A stretch of 64,000 nucleotides of DNA from the NCBI GenBank assembly GCA_012523545.1, contig JAAYIH010000046.1:97-64096 (forward strand), written 5' to 3'. This DNA is from Bacillota bacterium. Its GTDB lineage: Bacteria > Bacillota > Proteinivoracia > UBA4975. Under the pieces are notes generated by a model. The model searched no databases and was not told the DNA's origin. It saw only the letters and a program-made list of their open reading frames with translations. Both the position numbers and the translations under genes were made by a program. This document shows, in pieces, positions 36,090 through 45,464 of the stretch; the first letter of the stretch is position 1, and the number at the start of each line of letters is the position of its first letter.

Positions 36090-37355
36090 CTAACTCCAAA
36101 TCAGCCAGATGAGAATATAACCGGTGGTCACCGCTGTCAGGGTAAAGGGGACGCCGATCTTCATGAACTCGCCGGCCCTGACCTGATGGCCTTCCTTCTT
36201 GAGGATGCCCAGGGCAGCGATGTTGGCGGAAGCCCCGATGGGCGTGAGGTTGCCGCCCAGGGTGGCCCCGGCCAGCAATCCGAAATAAAGCAGTTTTGGC
36301 TCCACCCCCATAATTGCGGCCAGACCGCTGACCACCGGCAACATGGTCGCCACATAGGGTATGTTGTCGATGAAGGCGGAGACGAGAACCGAAACCCACA
36401 GAATCATGCTGTAAATTACAAAGACGTTGTCGCTGACCCGGCTGAACATCTTGCTGATGTCCGCCACCACGCCCGCCTCGGTGATGCCGCCCACCACGAT
36501 AAAGAGGCCCGTCAACAGAGCGATGGTAAAGAAATCGATCTCCCGGATAATCCCGGCCGCTCCGCGCCAGTCCCCGCCGACCAGGCCCTTGCGCAGCAAC
36601 CCCGCGGCAAAGAGAAGCATGCAGATGAGACCGTTGGTAACTGCAGGCTTGTCGGGCACAAAGGAAGCCAAAATCAGCAGCACCACCATGCCCGCCAGCA
36701 AAAAGCTGGGGAAATAGTCCCGGACCTCGGTTGTGGCCAGGCTGTTGATGGGCTGGTTATACCTGCGGAATATCCAGAGCAACACCAGGGTGGCCATGAT
36801 GGCGCCGGCCTGCACCACCCAAAACAAGCCCGGCTTTCCGTCCAAAATGAAGAAGTCCAAAAAATCCAACCCGGCATGGCCGCCCAGGAGGATGGAGGTA
36901 GCATCCCCCACCAGGGTGGCGGCGCCCTGCAGGTTGGAAGCGACGGAGATGGCAATGATACCGGGCACCGGCGATATTTTCAGTTTCCTGGCGATAGACA
37001 AAGCCACCGGGGCCACCATCAGCACCGTGGCTACATTGTCTATAAACGCAGAAATTATGCCGGCAAAGAGGGCCAGGAACACAAGGGCCCACTTGACGTT
37101 GGGAGTGTGCCGGATGAGCAGGTCTGCCAGTCTGGCCGGCATTCTCGACTCTATGAACAGGGTGACAATTCCCATGGTGCCGGCAATCATCATGATTACA
37201 TTCCAGTCCACAGCGGCCAATACCTGATCCCGGGGCATAATCCCCAGCAGAACAAAAATCAGGGCGGAAGTCAGGGCTATGTGCGCCCTCCATCTGGGGA
37301 AAAGCAGCAGTGACGCATACGTTACTATGAACAGGACAATGGCGCAGGTTTTCAA
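36090..37355 (-). CDS. SLC13/ArsB/NhaD (ion transporter superfamily) permease
   Basis: SAFIDNVAT, SNLQGAATLVGD, SAFIDNIPY, GGNLTPIGASAN; preceded by TTGAAG-N17-TATAAT. Confidence 0.88.
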   Translation of the reverse strand: MKTCAIVLFIVTYASLLLFPRWRAHIALTSALIFVLLGIMPRDQVLAAVDWNVIMMIAGTMGIVTLFIESRMPARLADLLIRHTPNVKWALVFLALFAGIISAFIDNVATVLMVAPVALSIARKLKISPVPGIIAISVASNLQGAATLVGDATSILLGGHAGLDFLDFFILDGKPGLFWVVQAGAIMATLVLLWIFRRYNQPINSLATTEVRDYFPSFLLAGMVVLLILASFVPDKPAVTNGLICMLLFAAGLLRKGLVGGDWRGAAGIIREIDFFTIALLTGLFIVVGGITEAGVVADISKMFSRVSDNVFVIYSMILWVSVLVSAFIDNIPYVATMLPVVSGLAAIMGVEPKLLYFGLLAGATLGGNLTPIGASANIAALGILKKEGHQVRAGEFMKIGVPFTLTAVTTGYILIWLIWS

Positions 37356-37560
37356 AGCGATTCTCCTTTTTTCGCGGTGCTAATACTTGTCCATCCAAAA
37401 AATTATACCTTACCGCCAATTTACCTTCAACTTTTTGAAAAAAGTACTTCCCTTCGGGTAAACCTTCCCGGCGGCCCGCAGGCACCAACTACGGCGAAAC
37501 ATCAGCGCCATGACCTGAGCATCGGTAAGAAGCAGGAATAATCTGCATACAACCCCATAA

Positions 37561-37593
37561 GGAAAACCGGCAGAAACCCTGCCGGTTTTTTTT
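37561..37593. terminator. Intrinsic terminator at the end of the DUF134 operon
   Basis: AAAACCGGCAG-aaacc-CTGCCGGTTTT. Confidence 0.75.
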
Positions 37594-37942
37594 AACACTG
37601 GCCATGGCGGTGGCCGTGCCCAAGACAGGCCGATCCGGAAGACTGCAAATTACCTTGCAAGTAATTCCTGGCAGCCTCCTCGGCATCGCCCCGGACGCCG
37701 AGGACCACTTCAATCCCCTTGTCGGTAAAAATTTCAATGGCGCCGGCGCCCATGCCTCCGGTAATGATCACATTTACTCCCAAATCGTGCAGAAAATTGG
37801 GCAGAAATCCCGGCCTGTGCCCTGGGTTGGGCACGACTTCCTTGTGCACCTGCTCTACTTGTCCGGTAAAGATTATAAAGCTTTGGCTATGCCCGAAGTG
37901 CTCCGCCACCTGGCCGTCATTACTGGCCACTGCAATTTTCAT
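37592..37942 (-). CDS. NifB/NifX (dinitrogenase FeMo-co domain, MTH1175/ORP-like) protein
   Basis: MKIAVAS....V..HFGH...F, GV.VII.GGMG.GA, His-rich tail. Confidence 0.88.
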   Translation of the reverse strand: MKIAVASNDGQVAEHFGHSQSFIIFTGQVEQVHKEVVPNPGHRPGFLPNFLHDLGVNVIITGGMGAGAIEIFTDKGIEVVLGVRGDAEEAARNYLQGNLQSSGSACLGHGHRHGQC

Positions 37943-37956
37943 TGCTTTCCCTCCTC

Positions 37957-38766
37957 TCAAAGGGCTTTTTCGTCCATCTCTTCCATGCGCCGGACGACTT
38001 CTTCCAGCCAGCTTCCCTGCATGTCTTCAATGGCGCCCCGGTCGCAGGCCCGGGCAATCTCCGAATCCAGCGGCAGGCGGGCCAGGACATCCAGTCCATG
38101 CTCGGCAGCCGCTGCCTTAGCGCAGCTGTCGCCAAAGATGTTCGCTTCCTCGCCACAATGGGGGCACTGGTAGTAGGCCATATTTTCCACCAGGCCCAAA
38201 ATATGTATGTCCATCAGCCTGGCCATTTTAACCGCCTTGGACACGATATCCGACACCAGTTCCTGGGGCGAAGTGACGATGACAATTCCGTCCACCGGCA
38301 GAGACTGAAACACCGTAAGGGGAACATCGCCGGTGCCGGGAGGCATGTCGATAAGCAGGTAATCCACCTCGCCCCACACCACGTCGCTCCAGAACTGTTT
38401 GATAACTCCTGCCAGGATGGGACCGCGCCAGATCACGGGGTCGGTGGCATTGGGCAGCAGCAGGTTTATGGACATGATCTTGATTCCGGTCTTGCTCTGC
38501 ACCGGCAGCAAGCCCTCTTCGTTGCCCGCCGCCTTTTGCTTAAGACCAAAAATTTTGGGAATGGAAGGCCCGGTAATGTCGGCGTCAAGAACCGCGGTTG
38601 CATACCCCTTTCTGTTCAGCGCCGTCGCCAGCATGGCAGCGACCAGGGATTTGCCCACTCCTCCCTTGCCGCTGAGGACGCCGATTACCTTCTTTACGGT
38701 ACTGCTGGCATTGAGCTGAGCGTACTTTGTTTTCCTTGCTTCCTGTTCTTCAGTTCTTTCTTTCAT
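37957..38766 (-). CDS. Mrp/NBP35 (ApbC) Fe-S cluster carrier ATPase
   Basis: SGKGGVGKS, DADITGPSIP, WRGP, DMPPGTGD, ENM.Y..CPHC. Confidence 0.92.
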   Translation of the reverse strand: MKERTEEQEARKTKYAQLNASSTVKKVIGVLSGKGGVGKSLVAAMLATALNRKGYATAVLDADITGPSIPKIFGLKQKAAGNEEGLLPVQSKTGIKIMSINLLLPNATDPVIWRGPILAGVIKQFWSDVVWGEVDYLLIDMPPGTGDVPLTVFQSLPVDGIVIVTSPQELVSDIVSKAVKMARLMDIHILGLVENMAYYQCPHCGEEANIFGDSCAKAAAAEHGLDVLARLPLDSEIARACDRGAIEDMQGSWLEEVVRRMEEMDEKAL

Positions 38767-39639
38767 TTACTCTTTGCTCCCTTTCAGTATTTGCATGGTA
38801 TTGGCGTATATTTCCCTGACCGCCCGGCCGGCCGGGCAATCCACTGCGGCAATATTCCTGCCGGCATTGACAGCCTTGGGCACGTTGGCGTCAAAGGGTA
38901 TTTTACCCGCCACAGGCAGATTGCGCTCGGCGCAATATTCCTCGATGCGCCGGGTATTTTGGGGATTTACATCAAATTTATTGACGCAGACGGCTATTTT
39001 AACCTGAAATTGTTCCGCCGTCTCTACGATTCTTTCCATGTCGCTGAGCCCCGAAACAGATGGCTCTGTAACTATCAACACCATGTCCACCCCCCGCAAA
39101 GAAGCGATGACAGGACAACCGATGCCGGGCGACCCGTCAATTATGGCCAACGGAACAGAACCGGCGGCGTTTTTCATCTCTTCTTTCACTGCGCTGACCA
39201 GCAAGCCGGAGTTTCCGCTCCCCATTTTGAGCTGAGCAGTGGAGAAAACAGAAGCGCCGGCATATAACTTCAGTTCCCCGGCAACGGCAGGTTTCATCTC
39301 CACGGCGCCTTGAGGACACACTGCTGCGCAAACGCTGCAGCCCTCGCAGGCAAAAGGATCCACTTTGTAGCCGTCGGCGCCGGGAATAATGGCGGCGAAG
39401 CGGCAATGCTGTCGGCACAAGTCGCACTCCGTACAGAGTCTGCCGTCGATTGCGGCCTTGTCCATTCCGTAAAAATCCTTTGCCCGCGGCGCTGCAGCCA
39501 TGGCGGCGAGCAAGTGCAGATTGGGCGCATCCACGTCGCAATCGGCATAAGCCTGCGCCCGGGCCAGCTCAATAAAGGCCGCCGCAACGGTGGTCTTGCC
39601 CGTGCCACCTTTGCCGCTGAGAATCAGGAGTTGCTGCAT
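38767..39639 (-). CDS. MinD-superfamily P-loop ATPase with inserted 2[4Fe-4S] ferredoxin
   Basis: SGKGGTGKT, DCDVDAPNLHL, two CxxCxxCxxxC, DGSPGIGCPV; start ATG 39639. Confidence 0.9.
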   Translation of the reverse strand: MQQLLILSGKGGTGKTTVAAAFIELARAQAYADCDVDAPNLHLLAAMAAAPRAKDFYGMDKAAIDGRLCTECDLCRQHCRFAAIIPGADGYKVDPFACEGCSVCAAVCPQGAVEMKPAVAGELKLYAGASVFSTAQLKMGSGNSGLLVSAVKEEMKNAAGSVPLAIIDGSPGIGCPVIASLRGVDMVLIVTEPSVSGLSDMERIVETAEQFQVKIAVCVNKFDVNPQNTRRIEEYCAERNLPVAGKIPFDANVPKAVNAGRNIAAVDCPAGRAVREIYANTMQILKGSKE

Positions 39640-40469
39640 TGCCGCACCTCCTCCATAACCCGGTCCAGTAACCGGCAAAACAGTTCCCGGTACTTTCCGT
39701 CTTCCCTGGCGGCAATGCCGGCATTGGCAGTGATCTGCCCCAAGTCCTGCGCCAGGGGAATTTTGGCCAGAATCTCTATCCCCTGTTCCCTGCAGTAAGC
39801 TTCGGCGGGATTATCCCCTGCCAGGCATTTGTTGAGCACTGCGCCGTGAGGCTTGGCAAAAAGCTGCACCAGTTCATGAACTATGCGCAAATTGTGTACG
39901 CCAAATATCGTAGGCTCCGCCACCAAGATACAATAGTCGGCCTCCTGTATCGTCTCCATAACCGCGCAGGCGCTGCCCGGAGGACAGTCGATGAAACACG
40001 GCCCCTTCGTTTCCTCCTGGAGCAGCTCCCGAATAATGGGAACCCCCGACGGCTCCCCGGGATTTAGAAATCCCGACCACACGTCGACACCGTCCAATGT
40101 GCCCCTTTGCACCCGGCCGATGCTGTAAGCTTGCTCGGTAATGGCTTGTTCGGGACAGAGCAAAGCGCAACCGCCGCAGGAATGGCAGATCTCGGCAAAT
40201 ACCTGAACCGAGTTATCGACATAGGCCAGGGCGTTGAACTTGCAAAACTCTGTACAAATCCTGCAGCCGGTACACCGGGAAGCATCGACACTGGGAATAG
40301 GCACGGTAACTTCCCGGCTCTTCGCATCCCCGGGCTTGAAGAACAAATGGCCATTGGGCTCCTCCACATCGCAGTCAATGTAGACGGCGCGCCTGGCCGC
40401 GGCGGCCAGATTGACGGCCACCAGGGTTTTCCCCGTACCACCCTTGCCACTGACAACGGCGATCTTCAT
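39624..40469 (-). CDS. MinD-superfamily P-loop ATPase with inserted 2[4Fe-4S] ferredoxin
   Basis: SGKGGTGKT, DCDVEEPN.HLF, two CxxCxxCxxxC, DCPPGSAC; start ATG 40469. Confidence 0.9.
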   Translation of the reverse strand: MKIAVVSGKGGTGKTLVAVNLAAAARRAVYIDCDVEEPNGHLFFKPGDAKSREVTVPIPSVDASRCTGCRICTEFCKFNALAYVDNSVQVFAEICHSCGGCALLCPEQAITEQAYSIGRVQRGTLDGVDVWSGFLNPGEPSGVPIIRELLQEETKGPCFIDCPPGSACAVMETIQEADYCILVAEPTIFGVHNLRIVHELVQLFAKPHGAVLNKCLAGDNPAEAYCREQGIEILAKIPLAQDLGQITANAGIAAREDGKYRELFCRLLDRVMEEVRQCSNS

Positions 40470-40840
40470 TAGAACCGGCCCCGGCGATGGTGAAATCCCG
40501 GATGTATATCCTTCAAAACAGGCAGCTCCTCTGTGGCAAAGGCCCGGATGTTTTCCTCCAGGGAATCCCCTTGGGTTTTGTAAATCTTGATGTTTGCCGC
40601 CTGCAGTACCAAAGCAGCATTGTTCCCGCACCTGGGAGTGAGCAGAGCCTGCACATCCTGGTCGACAATCCACTGGGCTGCCCTGATTCCCGCTCCGCCC
40701 TGGGCGGCGGCGGCGTCATTTTTAAAAAACCGGGCCTCTTCGGTCTCGGTGTCGTAGATAAGGAAATAGGGCGCTCTGCCAAAGGACTGGCAGACGCTGG
40801 TTTGCATAGAACTGCCATCGACCGGTACAGCCAATTTCAT
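40469..40840 (-). CDS. NifB/NifX (MTH1175/ORP-like) protein
   Basis: MKLAVP, FGRAPYF, GGAGI.AAQ, CG.NA..VL. Confidence 0.88.
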   Translation of the reverse strand: MKLAVPVDGSSMQTSVCQSFGRAPYFLIYDTETEEARFFKNDAAAAQGGAGIRAAQWIVDQDVQALLTPRCGNNAALVLQAANIKIYKTQGDSLEENIRAFATEELPVLKDIHPGFHHRRGRF

Positions 40841-41248
40841 TTATTCATCCTCCTCCCTCGCCTTACTCATGGCCAGCGGAGTGGGTCCGCCTTGCCGGCG
40901 GCCCCGGCCCCGCCCGCGCCGGCAGGCCCTGTGCCGGCAAAAAGGATGCTGCCCATCGCAGAGGGTGTAGTCGCCGCCCTCGATGACGAGCACCCGGCCC
41001 TCTACCAGGGCCAGGGCCAGTTTCTTCCTGGCCGCAGCGTAAATGCCCTGGACGGTGGTGCGCGCCACATTCATCTGTTGGGCACACTCTTCCTGGGTCA
41101 AGCCGTCCAAATCGATAAGCCTGATGGTCTCGTATTCGTCCACCAACATAGTAACGGTCCCATTCCTGTCCGCCGGCACATCCAGAGGGCCAAATACTTT
41201 GCGTTCCGGCATAGCGCAAATATGTCTCCACTTACGCGGCCGCGGCAC
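40841..41248 (-). CDS. DUF134 (UPF0251) predicted DNA-binding protein
   Basis: MPRPRK.R.I, DEYETIRLID..GLTQEECA.QMNVARTT.Q.I...AR.K.A.ALVEG..L.IEGG. Confidence 0.9.
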   Translation of the reverse strand: MPRPRKWRHICAMPERKVFGPLDVPADRNGTVTMLVDEYETIRLIDLDGLTQEECAQQMNVARTTVQGIYAAARKKLALALVEGRVLVIEGGDYTLCDGQHPFCRHRACRRGRGRGRRQGGPTPLAMSKAREEDE

Positions 41249-41293
41249 GGTTATCCCTCCCCACGCCGTGTAACAGGGGGTTTCCCCCCCCTG

Positions 41294-41554
41294 TTACACG
41301 GCTTCGTCGGCACTGTCATCCTCCAGTTGCTTTTCAATAAACTCCAGTCTTTGTCTCAGGGCTTGCCTTTCTGCTTCCAGCATTTCCCGGGTCGGTTTGA
41401 GCGCACCGGGCGTCGCAAACCTGCGGAAACCGCGGCCATGCCCGCCCCACCGGCAGCCAAAGCCGTACAGGGGATAGCCGCCGGCGCAGTAACCCAAACC
41501 TCTGCCTGTCCTGGGTCCGTAGCCCCAGGGTCCGGTTCCGTCTCTGCCGGGCAC
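41294..41554 (-). CDS. DUF5320 family protein
   Basis: MPGRDGTGP.G.GPRTGRGLG.C plus C-terminal coiled coil; AAGGAGG RBS then GTG. Confidence 0.85.
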   Translation of the reverse strand: MPGRDGTGPWGYGPRTGRGLGYCAGGYPLYGFGCRWGGHGRGFRRFATPGALKPTREMLEAERQALRQRLEFIEKQLEDDSADEAV

Positions 41555-41577
41555 TGAAAACACCTCCTTAATAAACA

Positions 41578-41637
41578 TTATTGACATATGCCATTTAACT
41601 ACTTTTAGTATACCAAGTTTATGACATATGTCAATAA
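41578..41637. promoter_or_regulatory. Twin palindromic operators over the operon promoter
   Basis: TTATTGACATATGCCATTTA (41578-41597) and TTTATGACATATGTCAATAA (41618-41637); minus-strand TTGACA-N16-TATACT. Confidence 0.7.
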
Positions 41638-41650
41638 CCTTCTATGTATT

Positions 41651-42820
41651 TTATACATGCCGGAGGGCATCGATGGGGTTGAGACGGCTGGCTTTGCGGG
41701 CTGGCATCCAGCCAAAGAGCACGCCCACCACTGCCGAAAACCCCACCGCCGCAATCACCGTCGTTGCGCTGAAGCGAAAGGGTATGCCGATGAACCATGA
41801 ACCGGCACAGGCAATCAACAGACCCATCACAATGCCCGCCAAACCGCCGCCCAGGGAGAGAATGACCGATTCTGTGAGGAACTGGATTTGGATTTGGACG
41901 GGTTCCGCGCCCAGGGCCTTGCGCAGGCCGATTTCGGTGGTCCGTTCGGTTACCGAAACCAGCATCATGTTCATGATGCCGATGCCGCCCACCACCAGGG
42001 ATATGGAAGCAATTCCTGCCAGCAGCAGGGAAAGGATGCGGGTGACATCTTTCATTACGTCCAGGGCGTCCTGCATGTTAAAGATGGAATAGGCCTGTTC
42101 CCGGTAATTGAAGGATTCCAGCAGCACCGCCTCCACCTGGCCGATAATTTCGTCGGCCCTGGCGACGTCGGCCATGTGCACCTCGACACTGGATACGGTG
42201 CGCACGCCCAGAGTCTTCATGGCCGCTGTGTATGGAATGAACACGGCTTTGTTGGTGGAGCCTAGGGCAAAGCCGCCGGAGGGGGCCAGCAGGCCCACAA
42301 CGGTGTAGGTACTGCCCCCTATGCGCAGGCTCCGGCCCAGCGGGTTTTGTCCATAAAAGAGTTCCCGGGCAATATCGCTGCCGATGACGGCCACCCGGTT
42401 GGCGCCGTCCACGTCCAGGGCGTTGATGGCCCGGCCGGCGGAAATTTGCACCGGCCGCTCCCGGAAATACAACTCGTTCTTGCCCTGCACCATTGCTTCC
42501 AGCACTTTGTCGCGGTGGGAAACGGAGACATAGCCCGAGATTGTGGGCGAAACGCCGCGGACGTCGGCAATTGCCTCCAACCGGTCCAGGTCATTGGCGC
42601 TGAGCCCCGGCTTCAGCGGCGTCCCCCGGGCTTGAACGGTGAGGATGTTGGCGCCAAGGGATGATATTTCGTCGGTGATGGCGCCGGTGGCACCCTGGAC
42701 GATGGTAATCAGGGCAATGATGGAAGCCACCCCGATGACGATGCCCAGCATGGTCAGCGCCGAACGCAGCTTGTTGTTGACGATGTTAGCCCAGGACATC
42801 AATATGCTCTCTTTGACCAG
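41651..42820 (-). CDS. MacB/FtsX-type ABC permease
   Basis: NKLRS.LTMLG..IGV, SLVVGGIGIMN.MLVSVTERT.EIG.RKALGA, PA.KASRLNPI.AL; start uncertain (CTG 42820 or ATG 42799). Confidence 0.9.
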   Translation of the reverse strand: MVKESILMSWANIVNNKLRSALTMLGIVIGVASIIALITIVQGATGAITDEISSLGANILTVQARGTPLKPGLSANDLDRLEAIADVRGVSPTISGYVSVSHRDKVLEAMVQGKNELYFRERPVQISAGRAINALDVDGANRVAVIGSDIARELFYGQNPLGRSLRIGGSTYTVVGLLAPSGGFALGSTNKAVFIPYTAAMKTLGVRTVSSVEVHMADVARADEIIGQVEAVLLESFNYREQAYSIFNMQDALDVMKDVTRILSLLLAGIASISLVVGGIGIMNMMLVSVTERTTEIGLRKALGAEPVQIQIQFLTESVILSLGGGLAGIVMGLLIACAGSWFIGIPFRFSATTVIAAVGFSAVVGVLFGWMPARKASRLNPIDALRHV

Positions 42821-43505
42821 CCAAGTCCACCTCCCCCGGAAAGAGTCTGCCGTCGACAATGCGCAGTATCTTCCTGGCATACCCGGCCACCTGCGCATCG
42901 TGGGTGATAACCACCACCGTCCTGCCGTCGGCATTGAGTTCCTGAAACAGGGCCATTATCTGTTGCCCCGTCTTCTGGTCCAGCGCCCCCGTAGGTTCAT
43001 CGGCCAGGATTAGGGCGGGATCCGTCACCAGGCTGCGGGCGATGGCCACCCGTTGCTGCTGCCCGCCCGAAAGCTGGTTGGGGTAATTGTACACCTTGTC
43101 CTGCAACCCCACCCGCTCCAAAACCGCCAGGGCCAGTTCTCTGCGCCGCCGCCTGGGCAACCCGGCATAAATCAAGGGTAACTCCACATTTTCCAGGGCG
43201 TTGAGCCTGGGCAACAGCTGGAAGGACTGAAAGACAAAACCGATCTCCCTGTTCCGCACCCGCGCCAGCTGCGCCTCAGTCATGGCGGCCACATCACGGC
43301 CCCCCAATATGTACCGGCCCCCGGTGGGTACGTCGAGGCAGCCGATTATGTTCATCAGGGTGGACTTGCCTGCTCCCGACGGCCCCAGGATGGCAATGAA
43401 ATCGCCGCGGCAAATGGTCAAATTTACGTTGTCCAGCACCACCTGCTCCTGCCCGCCCAGACGGTAACACTTGACTATATCCTTCAACCTGAGAATTTCC
43501 TGCAT
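42786..43505 (-). CDS. MacB/LolD-type ABC ATP-binding protein
   Basis: [41 protein letters not shown]. Confidence 0.93.
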   Translation of the reverse strand: MQEILRLKDIVKCYRLGGQEQVVLDNVNLTICRGDFIAILGPSGAGKSTLMNIIGCLDVPTGGRYILGGRDVAAMTEAQLARVRNREIGFVFQSFQLLPRLNALENVELPLIYAGLPRRRRRELALAVLERVGLQDKVYNYPNQLSGGQQQRVAIARSLVTDPALILADEPTGALDQKTGQQIMALFQELNADGRTVVVITHDAQVAGYARKILRIVDGRLFPGEVDLAGQREHIDVLG

Positions 43506-43522
43506 CTCGCGCTCCCTGACTG

Positions 43523-44392
43523 TCAATCCCGGGCGCCGACGTGCAAATCCCGGAAGTCAAAGGACTTGTTTTCCCGGGGCACGATGACGACATCGTCGGG
43601 GGACAACCCGTCAATTACTTCCACCACCATGCCGTCGTTGACGCCCAGGGTCAGCGGCCGCTTTTCCCTGCCCCTGCCCTTGACCAGGACATAGGGCAGA
43701 TTCTTTTCGTCGAAACGGATGACCGCCATGGGCAGGGTCAGGACACCCCGGACACTTTGGTTTTCCACCCGGGCTTCGGCGGACATGCCAATGCGCACGT
43801 CGGCGTCGGCCTCCAGGGCGATGATGGCTTCAAAGACCGTGACCCCGTTGACATTGACCCCCTCCCGGGCTATATCCACCACCGTGCCCGGCACCTCTTT
43901 GTCCAGGGCGTGAATGGTGACCACCGTCTCCATGCCTTCCGCCAGGGCTGGCAAATCGTACTCGTCCACCAGCGCCCGCAGCCGCAAGCTGGAGTAGTCG
44001 ATGATGCTCACCAGCTTTTCCCCGGGCATGACCTGTGCTTTTTCCTGGACAAAGACATGGCTGACTTCGCCGGCAATGGATGCCCGGATGGCCGGTCCGG
44101 TTCCGGCAACCAACAGGATGTCGCCCCTGGCCACCTGTTGCCCCGGCGCGACGTAGATGTCGCGCACCTGCATCATCCTGTCGGCCACCACCAGCTCGCG
44201 CACTCCTGCCTCCACCGTGCCCGAAAAACTGTAGTAGGTAGTGATATCCCCCACCGCCGGAAAAACCTCCTGAACCGCCGGTGCCCGGCTGTTCAGCAGG
44301 CCGTACACCAAGACGCCGGCGCCCAGGAACGCCGCAACGCCCAGGATAATGATGGTTTTTGTGCCTGTTTTTCTTGCCGCCAAATTCATCAC
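43523..44392 (-). CDS. MacA-like membrane fusion (efflux adaptor) protein
   Basis: N-terminal TM, lipoyl-like halves, VDEYD, GMSA, VEV..GL..DD.V; hairpin appears very short. Confidence 0.8.
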   Translation of the reverse strand: MMNLAARKTGTKTIIILGVAAFLGAGVLVYGLLNSRAPAVQEVFPAVGDITTYYSFSGTVEAGVRELVVADRMMQVRDIYVAPGQQVARGDILLVAGTGPAIRASIAGEVSHVFVQEKAQVMPGEKLVSIIDYSSLRLRALVDEYDLPALAEGMETVVTIHALDKEVPGTVVDIAREGVNVNGVTVFEAIIALEADADVRIGMSAEARVENQSVRGVLTLPMAVIRFDEKNLPYVLVKGRGREKRPLTLGVNDGMVVEVIDGLSPDDVVIVPRENKSFDFRDLHVGARD

Positions 44393-44537
44393 CCTCGCCT
44401 TATATCATCTCCCAACCGGGATGACATATGCCAAAAGCCGCAAATGGCGCAGCAGCAAATTTCTGCCATGGCAGGACGCCAAAACCAATGGCCGCCGGCT
44501 CATGCCGGCGGCCATTGGTTTGCCATATACCGTCCCG

Positions 44538-45440
44538 TCAACAGGACCGGCTTTCACAGTCTTCGCTGGCGAAGTCAATCTCCAGGGTGACGTGTTCAAT
44601 GCCCCTGGCCCTGATGAGGTTTTTAACCTCCCGCTTGATGTCAATCAGCTCATCCCGCCGGATGTCGTCGGGCAGGACGATGTGGGTGCTGAGCAGGTTG
44701 CGTTGCCCTTCCAGCGACCAGATATGGGTGTGGTGCACCGACTCCACCCTGGTCTTGGCCACGATTTCTTCCTCGATTTCCCTGATGGACAGATTGTCGG
44801 GCACCCCCTGAAAGAGAATGCGGAACACTTGCCTGATATTGCCCGCCACGTGGTAGAGGATGTACAGGGTGATGGCCAGCGAAAGGATGGGGTCCAGCAC
44901 CGGAATGTCCACGAAGATCATGACGGCGCTGGCAATGAGGATGACCGCCCAGCCCAGGACGTCTTCCATGAGGTGCCAGAACACGACCCTCTCATTGAGG
45001 GATTTGCCCTTCCGCAATCGCAGCACGGCAAGCCCGTTGATGACAATGCCCAAAACGGCAATGGCCAGCATGCCCCGGGAATTGACCGGTTCCGGCTTGA
45101 AAACCCGGGGTATTACATTGACCAGGATGAGGATTGAGCCTCCCACCAGGATGAAGCTGTTGATCAGCGCCCCCAACAAAGAAAAACGCGCATAGCCAAA
45201 GGTATATTTTTCGTCGGGGCCGCGCTGGGAATATTTCTCCAGAAACCAGGCCACCCCCAAAGACAGGGAATCGCCCAAATCGTGGAGGGCATCGGAAATG
45301 ATGGCCATACTGTTGGTCCAGATTCCGCCTGCAATTTCCACCGCCGTAAACAGCAGGTTGAGGAAAAAGGCGGTGCGAATGTTGCCCTCGCTGTTGCCAT
45401 GGTGATGGCTATGATGTGCGTGGTTGTGCTTATGCGACAT
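44538..45440 (-). CDS. CDF Zn/Co/Cd exporter (CzcD/ZitB-like)
   Basis: His-rich N-terminus, SDALHDLGD, YTFGY.R, HL.EDVLG, H.HIWSL. Confidence 0.92.
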   Translation of the reverse strand: MSHKHNHAHHSHHHGNSEGNIRTAFFLNLLFTAVEIAGGIWTNSMAIISDALHDLGDSLSLGVAWFLEKYSQRGPDEKYTFGYARFSLLGALINSFILVGGSILILVNVIPRVFKPEPVNSRGMLAIAVLGIVINGLAVLRLRKGKSLNERVVFWHLMEDVLGWAVILIASAVMIFVDIPVLDPILSLAITLYILYHVAGNIRQVFRILFQGVPDNLSIREIEEEIVAKTRVESVHHTHIWSLEGQRNLLSTHIVLPDDIRRDELIDIKREVKNLIRARGIEHVTLEIDFASEDCESRSC

Positions 45441-45464
45441 TCTTTCACCTCGACAGCATTGTGC

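Noticed and set aside
37592-40840. Nitrogen fixation genes
   Set aside because: NifB/NifX-domain proteins occur widely in non-diazotrophs; no nifHDK or radical-SAM NifB here
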